DNA of 37,110 nucleotides, from the IMG/VR virus record IMGVR_UViG_3300020045_006994, positions 1 to 37,110 of that record, one strand, 5' to 3'. Positions 13,942 through 24,463 of this stretch are shown in pieces; position 1 is the first letter of the stretch, and each line of letters begins with the position of its first letter. The notes below the pieces were generated by a model. It saw only the letters and a list, made by a program, of their open reading frames with translations. It ran no database searches and was not told the DNA's origin. The translations under genes were made by a program, and so were the position numbers. Origin of the DNA: a virus (Duplodnaviria > Caudoviricetes).

Positions 13942-14050
13942 ACCTCAGAATGTGTTTCCAGCCATCATACCAAATTTCATATTTACATTGCTCAAGTTTT
14001 CCTTTATCTAAAATAAAAATACTCATACTATGAAATCATGCATGAATGAA

Positions 14051-14087
14051 GGGCGACCATCTCGAAACTGTTCGGGATGGCCGTTTT
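14051..14087 (+). terminator. Terminator-like hairpin upstream of the late operon
   Basis: CCATCTCGAA-ACTG-TTCGGGATGG followed by CCGTTTT. Confidence 0.55.
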
Positions 14088-14118
14088 AATTAATTTGTTA
14101 TTAAGGTTAGTTAATTAA

Positions 14119-14514
14119 ATGGGAATTCCTGGCGTTCCAATTAACATTTCTGTTGATACCTTAGATACCTTAATTAGAAAGTATAAAGGTAAAACAAAAG
14201 CAATTGCAGAAGAATTAAAATGTTGTAGAAGAGTAATAAGAGAACAAATAGAAAAAGAACCTTATTTGATTGAACTCCAAAAAGAAATGAGATATCAAAG
14301 AGATGAGGATTTATTAGAGGAATCCGAGGATACTTTAGAGGCTGCTTTAAAGGGTCGCACTGACGATATGAGCAATGCTCTTAAATCGGCCTTTTATGTT
14401 CTAAATCAGAAAGGTAAAGCTAGGGGATATCAAAGACTTAGCAATAACGATAATGACACAAAGCAAATAACTGTTTTTGTTCGGGAAAACTATGCTGACA
14501 ACACCCCAGAATAA
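14119..14514 (+). CDS. terS: Probable terminase small subunit
   Basis: N-terminal HTH-like region and F.L..KGK.RGY motif; immediately upstream of TerL. Confidence 0.7.
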   Translation: MGIPGVPINISVDTLDTLIRKYKGKTKAIAEELKCCRRVIREQIEKEPYLIELQKEMRYQRDEDLLEESEDTLEAALKGRTDDMSNALKSAFYVLNQKGKARGYQRLSNNDNDTKQITVFVRENYADNTPE

Positions 14515-15871
14515 CGTTATTGAAAAAAAACTCCCAGTTAACTTCACACCTCGATCTTATCAAAAAAAGCTACTTAAAGCCTTAGATTCTGGAATCAAAA
14601 GGGCTGTCGTTGTATGGCCAAGACGACATGGTAAAGACAAGACTATCTTAAATTGGTGTATCAAAACAATCGCCGATGGACAGCCTCAAATATGCTTCTA
14701 TTGCTTACCAGAACTCAAACACGGACGTAAGGTTATTTGGGATGCTATTGATAATAGCGGCTTTGCTTTTAAAAACCATTTCCCAAAAGAGCTGATCGCC
14801 AATCTTAATAATAGTGATATGAAAGTAACATTCACTAACGGGTCAATATTCCAGGTGGTTGGTTCAGATACCTATGACTCGCTTATTGGTTCTAACCCTA
14901 AGATCGTTGTTTTCTCTGAGTACGGAGTAACTAACCCTAGAGCGTGGGACTTCCTTAGACCTATTTTAGATAACCCTGAGAACAAGGGAACAGCGATATT
15001 TATCGGAACATGCCGGGGGAAGAATCATTTCTATAAGCTTTTTAAAATGGCTCAGCTAGAAGAAAATAAGGCAACCTGGTTTTCCGAGCTTCTCACTAAT
15101 GACGATACTCATTTATTATCTGACGATGACTTTACTAGAATGCGAAGAGAGGGGATGTCAGAGGAGCTTATTCAACAGGAATTTTTTTGCTCATGGGAAG
15201 GTTTAATTGAGGGTTCTATCTATGGTAATTATCTTGGTGTGGCGGAGCGAGAACAGCGTATTTGTCATGTACCATATGACATAAATTACCTAGTTCATAC
15301 CGCATGGGATATAGGACTTGATGCCACAGCAGTTACCTTTTTCCAGTTGATTGGAAATGAAATACATATTATAGATCATTATGAAACAAAAAATGTTGCT
15401 ATGATAGGGTCTATCAATGAGATCAAATCAAGGCCTTATCAATATGGTATACACTTTTCACCTCATGACGGACGAAATAGATCAGTAACTACCGGATCTT
15501 GTTTCGTTGATCTAGCCGAGCAAATGGGTCTAAATATGGAAGTCATTCCTAACGATAAGTCTATTGCTGACGGAATCGAGATTGTTAAAGGAACTTTTAA
15601 CCGGATGTTTTTTGATAAGGTTAAATGTGAGTATCTAATCAGTTGCTTGCAATCCTACCATACAGAATACGACGAAAAGCTACAGAAATACAGGGCGCAA
15701 CCTTGTCACGACTGGGCTTCCCATTCTTCTGATAGTGTAAGGTATATGTGCTTAGCTATAAAAAATGGAATAAATAGTATACAAGGACGTGACGAATGGT
15801 CTAATATAAAAACTACTAATAATTATTATGGGAATGCTCCAACTCATAACACAAGAGTTACACAATGGTAG
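14492..15871 (+). CDS. terL: Terminase large subunit
   Basis: PRSYQ, Walker A-like WPRRHGKD, Walker B IVVFSE, QQEFFCSW, nuclease TAWDIG and HDWASHSSDSVRY. Confidence 0.95.
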   Translation: MLTTPQNNVIEKKLPVNFTPRSYQKKLLKALDSGIKRAVVVWPRRHGKDKTILNWCIKTIADGQPQICFYCLPELKHGRKVIWDAIDNSGFAFKNHFPKELIANLNNSDMKVTFTNGSIFQVVGSDTYDSLIGSNPKIVVFSEYGVTNPRAWDFLRPILDNPENKGTAIFIGTCRGKNHFYKLFKMAQLEENKATWFSELLTNDDTHLLSDDDFTRMRREGMSEELIQQEFFCSWEGLIEGSIYGNYLGVAEREQRICHVPYDINYLVHTAWDIGLDATAVTFFQLIGNEIHIIDHYETKNVAMIGSINEIKSRPYQYGIHFSPHDGRNRSVTTGSCFVDLAEQMGLNMEVIPNDKSIADGIEIVKGTFNRMFFDKVKCEYLISCLQSYHTEYDEKLQKYRAQPCHDWASHSSDSVRYMCLAIKNGINSIQGRDEWSNIKTTNNYYGNAPTHNTRVTQW

Positions 15872-17901
15872 TTTCAATAGACCCCACGAAGTATCATGAC
15901 AATAAATTATCCACCAAGAAAATGATGGATGATTCTTATTCTTATTCGATACCTCAATTGCAATCATATCAAACACAAGCTCATATTGACAGAAAATTTG
16001 CCTTAGGTGATCAAAGAACACTTGCCGGAACTTATGGTGAGTATTACGAAAACCAGAAGTTTGTTTTTAATATACTCCATGCTCAGCGTCAAATGATATT
16101 AGGACACCAGGCAAAGAATAGAAAGTCATCGATTGTTGTTCCGCGAGAAGATAGAGACCAAGAAACTGCTGATGATTATTCAAAATGCCTTGTGTGGACA
16201 ATGGGACAAGATGAAATGCTTCAACGAATTACGGAGGCATTCGACTGTAGCTTAGTTACAGGTCTTTGTTTTATGCACAGATGGGTAGACTATTCAAGAG
16301 ATCCTACAGACGGAACAGTGAGAATACGCAATTACGCTCCTACTACGGTGATGTTTGATCCATGGTGGAGACAAAGAGACCTTTCAGATTGCCGCTATAT
16401 TTGGACTAGGGATTTCCTTTCCGATAAACAACTTGAACAAGTATTGCCGGACTATGACAAGATCAAAAGCATGATACCTAAATCATATGCTTTGATGACC
16501 CGTTTCAACTTTATGCCAGAGAACTATCGTGTTTTAGCAAGAAAGAAAGGGTCTTACGCCTATGATCAATACTTCTACGCTACAGATAGAGACGCTACTT
16601 TAATTCATAGTTACGACAGGGCAGAAACATACGAAGTAAAAGGCGACAAACAGACACGAGAAAAGTGGATAGATTTAACCTTTAGTCCGGAAGAGAAAGA
16701 GAATCTAGAGGTATACAAAACTAAGTTACCATGTATTCATTTGGCGGTAGCTGTAAACGATAGAGTTATTTATGATGAATATCATAGCGAAAAGATGCCT
16801 TTTACCCCTATGTTAGCTTATTTTGACGCAGACGCTCCGAATTATTCATATCGTTTCCAAGGTATTATCCGCCCTGCTAGAGATACGCAATACCTTTTCA
16901 ATCGTCGCATGCAAACTCAGCTACAGATATTAGAAAGTTTACCGACTAGTGGAATAAATGTTGTTGAAGATGCCTTAATAGATAAGAATGATGCGTTTAA
17001 AACAGGCCCGGGACAAGTCAGAGTTATTAAGAAAGGGTATATTCCACAGCAGGTTATTGAGAATATTCAACCTCCAAATATCGATGCTTCCGCTTTAAAG
17101 ATGACTGACGACCTTAACATGTTATCGAAGTCCATTCTAGGTATTAGCGAAGAACTAATGGGGATGGCTGATGATTCAAAAGCTGGTATTACAGAGATAT
17201 TAAGACAAGGAGCTTCTCTCACAACACTTCAAACTCTATTTGATAACCTTGACTATTCTCAAAAGATGCTTTCTCAAGGTTTACTTGAAGAGATTTCGCT
17301 TTACACACCATCTAAAGTTAGGCGTATAATTGGAAGAGAACCCACCGCAGAATTCTTTAATCTAAATTGGCAGAAGTTCGGTTGTGATATAGAAGATGGC
17401 CTGAACACAGGAACACAGCGTAAGATGGAATTTGCACAAGTTCTAGCTCTTATTAAAGAAGGTGTTCCAATTTCACCTCAGCAGTTGCTAAAAGCTTCTA
17501 CTCTACAAAACAAACAGGAATACATTGACGATGTAGAGAAGCAGCAACAACAGCAGCAACAAGCAGAAAAACAAAAGATGGAAGCGGAAATGATGGCGGG
17601 TCAAGCTAACATGAAGCTTTTGCAATCTCAATCTAATGCTAACGATTCAATGGCCGATGAAAGAAGATCTAGAATAGATGAAAACGAAATGATGGCTATC
17701 GAAAGAAGAGCAAAAGCAATTAGTGACCTTCAAGATGCGCAGGTTAAACGCGAGGAAGCCTCGCTCAAGAAGATAGAAGCATTGAAAAAGCTTGATGAAC
17801 TTGATCTTAATCATATAGAAAAGTTAGTTAAGATTTTAAATGCCGTCCAGAATATGAATCAACCAATAGCCGAGGAGGCACAAAATGGATTACCGCGGTA
17901 A
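15865..17901 (+). CDS. Portal protein (P22-like, C-terminal helical barrel)
   Basis: 678 aa after TerL; FNIL...ILGHQ..NR, GIIRPARDTQ..FN, Q-rich coiled-coil tail. Confidence 0.9.
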   Translation: MVVSIDPTKYHDNKLSTKKMMDDSYSYSIPQLQSYQTQAHIDRKFALGDQRTLAGTYGEYYENQKFVFNILHAQRQMILGHQAKNRKSSIVVPREDRDQETADDYSKCLVWTMGQDEMLQRITEAFDCSLVTGLCFMHRWVDYSRDPTDGTVRIRNYAPTTVMFDPWWRQRDLSDCRYIWTRDFLSDKQLEQVLPDYDKIKSMIPKSYALMTRFNFMPENYRVLARKKGSYAYDQYFYATDRDATLIHSYDRAETYEVKGDKQTREKWIDLTFSPEEKENLEVYKTKLPCIHLAVAVNDRVIYDEYHSEKMPFTPMLAYFDADAPNYSYRFQGIIRPARDTQYLFNRRMQTQLQILESLPTSGINVVEDALIDKNDAFKTGPGQVRVIKKGYIPQQVIENIQPPNIDASALKMTDDLNMLSKSILGISEELMGMADDSKAGITEILRQGASLTTLQTLFDNLDYSQKMLSQGLLEEISLYTPSKVRRIIGREPTAEFFNLNWQKFGCDIEDGLNTGTQRKMEFAQVLALIKEGVPISPQQLLKASTLQNKQEYIDDVEKQQQQQQQAEKQKMEAEMMAGQANMKLLQSQSNANDSMADERRSRIDENEMMAIERRAKAISDLQDAQVKREEASLKKIEALKKLDELDLNHIEKLVKILNAVQNMNQPIAEEAQNGLPR

Positions 17902-18082
17902 GATTGCACCGAATACAACTTCGGGAGAGCATAAAGGTGGAATGAAAACAAAGCATAACGACTCTTTCGAGGCGTCATCTAATGCTTTAGAACATACACC
18001 ATACGCAAAGAAACAAGCTATGTATCGTAATAAAGATACAAAAGTTATGGATAAAAATTTGCGTCACCTAAAACAAGACTAG
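17885..18082 (+). CDS. Hypothetical protein
   Basis: SD GGAGG; 65 aa. Confidence 0.7.
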   Translation: MDYRGKIAPNTTSGEHKGGMKTKHNDSFEASSNALEHTPYAKKQAMYRNKDTKVMDKNLRHLKQD

Positions 18083-18101
18083 AATTTCGGGAGAAAAGGC
18101 T

Positions 18102-18581
18102 ATGTCTAAAATATTAGGTAGCAAACCATTTATTATGGCTGAAACTCAAAAGATTATTCAGCCTAAGAAATCATATGGTACACAGTTAATCGAAAACTAT
18201 CAGAAACAAGATAGGAGCCCTGATAAGCAAGAAGCAGGGGAGACAACCAACGAACTTGGCAAGAAGTTTCTAGATACGTTGAGCGATACAATAAATAAAG
18301 CTAGAAAATGTGGAGTTAAGAAAAAGATATATATTCACATTCTAGAAAAGGCATTGCAACATACAAATGGAGTTCACTGGACATTCGTTTGTAGGGAAAG
18401 TAGGCCAGATCCGGAGCAATCTAGCTATTTATATTCGCATGAGTTTCTAGATGAGCATCCTAAATTCGAATATGCTTTACCGGAGTTAACCCAAGTTCCA
18501 TATATTTTAAGACATCCTGAAAAATATACAAAGAGATACTTGGAAACTCTAGAGTTATGGAGAACTGGACAATTAAAATAA
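18102..18581 (+). CDS. Hypothetical protein
   Basis: 159-aa ORF in the late operon. Confidence 0.75.
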   Translation: MSKILGSKPFIMAETQKIIQPKKSYGTQLIENYQKQDRSPDKQEAGETTNELGKKFLDTLSDTINKARKCGVKKKIYIHILEKALQHTNGVHWTFVCRESRPDPEQSSYLYSHEFLDEHPKFEYALPELTQVPYILRHPEKYTKRYLETLELWRTGQLK

Positions 18582-18713
18582 TGTTCTTTACACCATAATT
18601 AAAATTTAGTAGATTACAAATATAGACTGCCGACCAGTCTTAAACACAGTCGTTAAACAATATTAAACATGTACGGGCTATATTTTGAAATGGAGCCGAT
18701 TTCAAGGGAAACT

Positions 18714-19460
18714 ATGACAACACAAGACGTTAATAATTCGCAAACTGTCGTCGATGCGGAAAAAAATCATAGTGAGCAGAGCGATAAAAGCTTTTCTCAA
18801 GCTGAAAATTGGAAAAGAGCCAATGAAGCATTAAGAGAAGCTCGAGAGCGTGAAGCTCGTCAGAGCCAGCAAATTGAATCGCTTACTAAAACAGTAGAGC
18901 AACTCATACAGTCAAAACAAGCGCCTGAGGTCGAAGATGATCCATGGTTAGGTTTAGATGATGATGAAGCGTTTGAAGTGCGTAAAGCTAAAGAAGTTGT
19001 TTCTAAAGCTATTCCTAAAGCTGTTAAAAAAGCTTTGGAAGAGCATACAAAGAAACTACAAGAGGACGAAAGGAAGGTTAGAACCTCTCCTGACTACTTA
19101 GAAAAGCAAGCGCGTAGTAAGTATGAAGATTTTGATCAGGTAATGACTAACGAAAATATAGATGACATTATCAAAAAAGTGCCGTCCGTACATAAAGCGA
19201 TATTGCAAGGTGAAGATCCGATTGATGCAGCTTATCAATTTATCATTAGTTCGTCAGCTTATGAGCGTAAAAAGCAAGTAAAACAGACAAATATGGTAGA
19301 GAAAGCTAAGTTCGCAGAAAATCAAACTAAGCCTAAGTCACCTAATCAAACGGCTGTGAATCAAAATGCTACAGCCGCTAATAATTTTGGTAGATTAACT
19401 AAAGATCAGCAAAAAGAACTTTGGATAGATCACAATAAGAAGTTAGGGCGCAGAGTTTAA
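18714..19460 (+). CDS. Capsid scaffolding protein
   Basis: Charged coiled-coil directly before the capsid gene; SD AAGGGA before ATG 18714. Confidence 0.75.
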   Translation: MTTQDVNNSQTVVDAEKNHSEQSDKSFSQAENWKRANEALREAREREARQSQQIESLTKTVEQLIQSKQAPEVEDDPWLGLDDDEAFEVRKAKEVVSKAIPKAVKKALEEHTKKLQEDERKVRTSPDYLEKQARSKYEDFDQVMTNENIDDIIKKVPSVHKAILQGEDPIDAAYQFIISSSAYERKKQVKQTNMVEKAKFAENQTKPKSPNQTAVNQNATAANNFGRLTKDQQKELWIDHNKKLGRRV

Positions 19461-19492
19461 CTGTACGACGACACCTTACACAAGGTGTTTAA

Positions 19493-20437
19493 ATGAATAC
19501 ATTAACCAATCTACAGCCGGAAGTAGCAACGCAATTTTGTATGCGTATGTTATCCCGTCCTATGCCTGATTTAGTTGCCGACATTGCTTGCTATAGAGTG
19601 GGCATGGAACAAAATCAAGGTAACATTCTAAAGCAATCACGTTATGACAACTTGCCAACTCAGCCAGTACCACTAGGTCCATCTGGTATTAACCCGCCTG
19701 CGATGGTTTTAAATCGTTTGGATATTGATTCAGAGATTCAATGGTACGGTGGATACGTTGCAATCACCGAACAAGTATTGCTAATCAACCAAGATAAAGC
19801 AATTGAAGAAACGCTTGATTTACTTTCACAGAGTTTAAAAGAAACTGAAGATCAACTAACCAGAGAGCACATGATCTCTGCCAGTCCTTTTGTAAACTGT
19901 GTAAACGGAGTTAATGGCGATAATCCAAGTAATTTAAGTCGTACTGATGTTGACAATATCGTTAAAGTTTTGCGTACAAATAACGCGAAATTCTTAATGG
20001 ATAGCATCGACGGCGAGGATAAATTTGGAACAGGTCCAATACGTAATGCTTTTACAGCCAAAACTAGCACTGATATGATTGGTCAGCTTGAAAAAGTAAC
20101 TGGATTCACCAACTGTGCTAATTATCCTGATACTGCGGATTTAGTTGAGGCGGAATGGGGTTCTATTGGAAATTTACGTTTCTTCCTATCCTCTGTATGG
20201 CCAGTTTCTCCTAACGCATCGTCTTTAGGTGCTGACGTACAAAACATCATTGTACAAGGTCAGGAAGCAGCTTCTATCATTGATCTAGATGGTTATAGCG
20301 CACAATATAGATTTACACCTCCTAGAGTTGCGGGCGGTCCATTGTGGCTTTATGGTACTAGCGGATATGTGTTCGCACAAGTTCCACAAGTAACTAACTT
20401 TACATGGATCTATAACTTGCGTTGCACGATTTATTAA
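19493..20437 (+). CDS. Major capsid protein, N4-gp56 family
   Basis: RY..L....PL...GI.P, QWYGGYV.IT, LR.NNAK, EWGSIGNLRF motifs; position after the scaffold. Confidence 0.9.
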   Translation: MNTLTNLQPEVATQFCMRMLSRPMPDLVADIACYRVGMEQNQGNILKQSRYDNLPTQPVPLGPSGINPPAMVLNRLDIDSEIQWYGGYVAITEQVLLINQDKAIEETLDLLSQSLKETEDQLTREHMISASPFVNCVNGVNGDNPSNLSRTDVDNIVKVLRTNNAKFLMDSIDGEDKFGTGPIRNAFTAKTSTDMIGQLEKVTGFTNCANYPDTADLVEAEWGSIGNLRFFLSSVWPVSPNASSLGADVQNIIVQGQEAASIIDLDGYSAQYRFTPPRVAGGPLWLYGTSGYVFAQVPQVTNFTWIYNLRCTIY

Positions 20438-20448
20438 GGAGTATTATT

Positions 20449-21408
20449 ATGCCTACAGATATGAATATAGATGATGGATATTTCACCTCAACCGGTGAAT
20501 CTGTTATTATCCCTTGTCGTTCTGATTATGATTATTTTGAGATCATGAATTACACGGCAATGGCAACAACTGCGACGCCTGGACGTGTAGTTAGAGCGTC
20601 TGTTCAACGTGGTTTTACAGCTGATTATGCTTTGACAACTACAAAAACAAACGCCACTAACGCGGTTAATGAAACAATCGCTACTAGCGGAGGTTTTACT
20701 TTAGTTAACACCTCTGTTCCAGTCGCTAACGCAGCAGTTGCGTACACAGCAGCTACAGACGCGGCGCCAGTGGTTGTTTCTGCAACCACAACGGGACTCG
20801 TTAATGGTGATATTGTCCGTATGTACAATCCATTAAATTACCAGTTGGCTGGTATGGATTTTACAATTGATAATATTAGCGCGGGTGTTAGCTTTGAACT
20901 TGTTTATATGGATTCTCCAGGTGATGCAGCTCCCGGAGCTGGTACATATAGAAAAGTTGGCGATGTAGGTTTATATAGACCTCGTAAACGTTTTATCACA
21001 AAGATTACATTAGGAAACACAACCCTAGTTCAAATGTCTGTGACAAACGCTTATGTCGTTGGTGAAAAAGTAAACCTTCTCGTACCAGTAGAATACGGAA
21101 CAATTGAGCTTAACAATAAGAGAGGTACAATCCTTTCTATTGATACAGCAACAAATGAAATTGAGTTAGATATCGATAGCTCTGGATATAGTGCGTTCAC
21201 TTTCCCAGCGGCTAGCGATGTTCCATTCACATTTGCTCAAGTGATTCCAAATGGTGAGATCCCTACAATCATTAGCTCTGCAACTTACAATGATTCTGTA
21301 TTAGGAATTAAACTAGGTTCTGCTGTTTGTGGAGTAGAAGGCGATAGAATTTACTGGAAAGGTCATAAAGCTTTCCGTTATTCCGTTGAGATTCCTTTGA
21401 CATCATAA
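20449..21408 (+). CDS. Capsid decoration-type virion protein with two E1-FCCH-like domains
   Basis: SD AAGGAG; repeated I..IT...VV....l..Gd.V...G..ELN....I......idSs.ysaf pattern. Confidence 0.7.
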   Translation: MPTDMNIDDGYFTSTGESVIIPCRSDYDYFEIMNYTAMATTATPGRVVRASVQRGFTADYALTTTKTNATNAVNETIATSGGFTLVNTSVPVANAAVAYTAATDAAPVVVSATTTGLVNGDIVRMYNPLNYQLAGMDFTIDNISAGVSFELVYMDSPGDAAPGAGTYRKVGDVGLYRPRKRFITKITLGNTTLVQMSVTNAYVVGEKVNLLVPVEYGTIELNNKRGTILSIDTATNEIELDIDSSGYSAFTFPAASDVPFTFAQVIPNGEIPTIISSATYNDSVLGIKLGSAVCGVEGDRIYWKGHKAFRYSVEIPLTS

Positions 21409-21421
21409 TAAGTAATAAATT

Positions 21422-21450
21422 AAGGGTTGCCTCTGTTGGCAACCCTTTTT
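21422..21450 (+). terminator. Intrinsic terminator after the head genes
   Basis: AAGGGTTGCC-6 nt-GGCAACCCTT-TTT. Confidence 0.85.
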
Positions 21451-21461
21451 AATGAGGCATC

Positions 21462-21917
21462 ATGGCAAAAAAAAAGATTAACAAGGAAATTGAGATGACA
21501 GCTACGCAAGACGTGCACGAAGTCACTAATTCAACCGATAAACCCGCTGAAATAGTTACTTCCTGTGGAATGAGAGAACTTGAAGAGATTCAAGATAGAA
21601 AGATGGTTACCGGAACATTTCATATTGTGGGTAAGAAATCAGGTGTTGCACGAATCGGTGCGCTTGTTAAATACAAAGGCGATGATTATAAAACGCATTT
21701 CTTTGAGCATGGAAAGACATACACTATTCCTAAATGGAAAGCAGATTGGCTAAACGGATATGATTTGAATGAACCTAAGACATTAGATCGAGGAATGACG
21801 CCAAGATGTCACGTAAAGATTCATACTGAACAATATTCAGACCTAACGCAGAAACACCCATTAGCGGAAGTAAAGACGCAGAATTTATATAGTTTTACTC
21901 CTGTAGCTAGATGGTAG
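21462..21917 (+). CDS. Hypothetical virion-associated protein
   Basis: SD GAGG; 151 aa. Confidence 0.75.
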   Translation: MAKKKINKEIEMTATQDVHEVTNSTDKPAEIVTSCGMRELEEIQDRKMVTGTFHIVGKKSGVARIGALVKYKGDDYKTHFFEHGKTYTIPKWKADWLNGYDLNEPKTLDRGMTPRCHVKIHTEQYSDLTQKHPLAEVKTQNLYSFTPVARW

Positions 21918-22234
21918 AAGTTATCTGGACTCCCTCAATTCAATTGATTGAGGATATAACAAACACGGTTGATGCAGTTGTAACAACTGTGGATGATTTT
22001 GACTTTGAAGATGGTCAATATGTGTTAATAAATGTAGACCCTATTTACGGCATGAGATTATCGAATGCGAGAACTAAAATAGATATATTGTCAGAGAATA
22101 CATTTAGAACAGATTTAGACTTATCGGCACAAGCGGCCTTTTCTCCACCTTTGTCGGGGTTATATACCCCGGCAAATGTTACAGAAATAACCGGACTTTA
22201 TCGCAATTCAACACCTGGCGGGCCTTCCGCATAA
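21911..22234 (+). CDS. Single E1-FCCH-like domain protein
   Basis: IEDITNTVDAVVTT....EDGQYVLI.V...YGM.L. Confidence 0.65.
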   Translation: MVEVIWTPSIQLIEDITNTVDAVVTTVDDFDFEDGQYVLINVDPIYGMRLSNARTKIDILSENTFRTDLDLSAQAAFSPPLSGLYTPANVTEITGLYRNSTPGGPSA

Positions 22235-22241
22235 AGGAAAT

Positions 22242-23240
22242 ATGGCAACATTGCAAGATATCAGAGATAAAGTTAGGCAGCTTACAGGTAGAAAGAGTAC
22301 TGTACAGCTAACAAATAGCCAGATTGACTTTCAGATCAATAACTACTATCTAAATCATTTTCCTTTGCAATTGCGCACTATTGATTTACGGTCGGAATAT
22401 AACTTTACTACACAACCTAACGTAGACGTATACCCATTTGATGGAAACCTAGTTCAGTCATTTGGTCCGACAGCGTATATTGAAGGTTATGCAGCAATGT
22501 TTTTCCAAGACAGAACCGTTTTCCACTCAATGTATCCTTATATTAGAAATGATATATTCATCACTAGAGGAGATGGAACAAATGGAGCGACAACGCCATA
22601 TACAGGAATAATAACACCGCGTCCAATATTGAAAGGTAGTGTTCTTATATATGCTCAAACTGCATTTAGTTCGTCTGTTTCTCTAGTTGATGGTTCTGAT
22701 GGTAATTTATATCAATCATTATCTACAACATTGATTCCTACCGTACCAGTAGGAACAGTAATGGGAACGATAAATTATGAAACAGGTGCTGTTTCCTTTA
22801 AGTTTGGGGACACCATACAATTTAACGTACCTGACGGAGCAGAGATTAGATGTCAATCTAAGCAATACTTTGCAAATAGACCTACTGGTGTACTTTATTT
22901 TGATAACCAAATCGTTTTAAGACCTGTTCCAGATCGATGTTACAATGTTCAGCTGATTGTTTATCTAGTACCGACTGCATTAGCTGGAAATGGAAGCTCT
23001 CCCGTTCTAAATGAATGGTGGGAGACGCTAGCCTATGGAGCATCTAAGAAGATATTTGAGAACCAAAAAGATCTAGAGTCTGTGGAACAAATGGACAAGC
23101 TTTTAAGTGATAGTTTCATTGAGATTGGACGCCGTCAATGGTATCAAATGCAGCCTCAAGGCACTAAAACTATATACAATATGCCTATTTATGGCTTAAA
23201 CAGTCCTTATGCTTTTACCGGACCTTATAACGTACCTTAA
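22242..23240 (+). CDS. Head-tail adaptor (tail tubular protein A-like)
   Basis: TLQDIRDKVRQLTG...IN.YY, LRPVPDRCY.V, LAYGAS; position in the operon. Confidence 0.7.
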   Translation: MATLQDIRDKVRQLTGRKSTVQLTNSQIDFQINNYYLNHFPLQLRTIDLRSEYNFTTQPNVDVYPFDGNLVQSFGPTAYIEGYAAMFFQDRTVFHSMYPYIRNDIFITRGDGTNGATTPYTGIITPRPILKGSVLIYAQTAFSSSVSLVDGSDGNLYQSLSTTLIPTVPVGTVMGTINYETGAVSFKFGDTIQFNVPDGAEIRCQSKQYFANRPTGVLYFDNQIVLRPVPDRCYNVQLIVYLVPTALAGNGSSPVLNEWWETLAYGASKKIFENQKDLESVEQMDKLLSDSFIEIGRRQWYQMQPQGTKTIYNMPIYGLNSPYAFTGPYNVP

Positions 23241-23248
23241 GGGGAAAT

Positions 23249-23842
23249 ATGCCATACACAACAGGAATTCCGACATCTGGCCAGGTTGTAAGCGTTTCAC
23301 AGCCTCAAATTAGAGATAACTTTAATGTTTTGGATACTTATTTAAAAGTGAACCACATAGCATTAAACAACGTTCCTAATCAAGGTAAGCATAATATAGT
23401 CGAGATGGTATCTAGAACGGTAATACCTCCTGGTTTATTAGCCGGTGAAGGTACATTATATGTTAAGACTGATGGTGATGGTTTCGGTCAGATGTATTAC
23501 ACAAATGATAATTCAGGTAATGAATATCAATTAACTAAAGTTTCTACGCCTAATTTTGGTACATTTGGAAGGGATGGAAACTCTGGCTGGACATTTTTAC
23601 CAGGTGGTTTAATAATGCAATATGGTGTTGTAACTGATGGAAATATTTCGGGATCGGTTACTTATCCAATAAAGTTTCCAACGTCACTTATTAGCTTATC
23701 GTTAAATTATTCAAGAGTTGCTTCATCATCTGTTAATAGTGTCGGACAAAACACAGCTGGAACAAATGATACAACTCAATTTTCTTATTTTTTAACTGGT
23801 AATAAAATTGTCAGTTTCTTTTGGCTGGCTATAGGTAATTAA
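23249..23842 (+). CDS. Short fibre protein with gp53-like C-terminal domain
   Basis: GWTFLPGGLIMQYG...VTYPIKFP...FWLAIG. Confidence 0.75.
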   Translation: MPYTTGIPTSGQVVSVSQPQIRDNFNVLDTYLKVNHIALNNVPNQGKHNIVEMVSRTVIPPGLLAGEGTLYVKTDGDGFGQMYYTNDNSGNEYQLTKVSTPNFGTFGRDGNSGWTFLPGGLIMQYGVVTDGNISGSVTYPIKFPTSLISLSLNYSRVASSSVNSVGQNTAGTNDTTQFSYFLTGNKIVSFFWLAIGN

Positions 23843-23845
23843 CCA

Positions 23846-24463
23846 ATGACATATACTTTAGACATGCCAAGTGAAGAAATTAACGGAATACAGGCCGAGC
23901 CTTTATTTCGTGGAAACTTTGGGGCTTTAAATACATATTTAGGTGTTAATCATATTCCATTGAATAAAAGAAATGGTGGAAAACATAATTTCGTCCAAAT
24001 GCCCGGAACCAGTCAACCTACTGTAACAGATAAAACACAGGGTTTATTATACGTTTCTACAACCAATACAAGATTAACTTATGTTCCTGGAGATACTGGA
24101 AATAGATATCGATTAACTTCAACTGACATGGCTAATTTTGCAACGTTTGGAAATGTTACAGAATATCTTCCGACTAGATTCGGAGGTTGGACTTTTCTTC
24201 CAGGAGAAATTTTATTACAATATGGTTATATAGATGCGCCAAATATTGGAGCAGGTGGAACGGTATTATTTCCTAAAGAATTCGTTAGTAAAATGTTAAG
24301 TATTCAATTTGGTTTTATGATTCAAGCGAGCTTGAGAACTATTAATTTTTCAATTGCAAGTGATGGCACAAACGATAAAACTCAATTTACGTATAATTAT
24401 TCTGAGACAACAGATCAACCTTTTGATGTAGATCGATTTTATTGGATAGCAACAGGATTATAG
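23846..24463 (+). CDS. Paralogous short fibre protein
   Basis: NF..L.TYL.VNHI.LN...GKHN, GWTFLPGEILLQYG...YWIATG shared with the upstream gene. Confidence 0.75.
   Translation: MTYTLDMPSEEINGIQAEPLFRGNFGALNTYLGVNHIPLNKRNGGKHNFVQMPGTSQPTVTDKTQGLLYVSTTNTRLTYVPGDTGNRYRLTSTDMANFATFGNVTEYLPTRFGGWTFLPGEILLQYGYIDAPNIGAGGTVLFPKEFVSKMLSIQFGFMIQASLRTINFSIASDGTNDKTQFTYNYSETTDQPFDVDRFYWIATGL

Noticed and set aside
17540-17565. CAG/CAA tracts (also in the ejection genes) as phase-variable repeats
   Set aside because: Mixed-codon poly-Gln in coiled-coil or linker regions, common in these proteins
20422-20451. Programmed -1 frameshift fusing the capsid to the next ORF
   Set aside because: No slippery heptamer, and the next gene has its own AAGGAG SD and ATG at 20449
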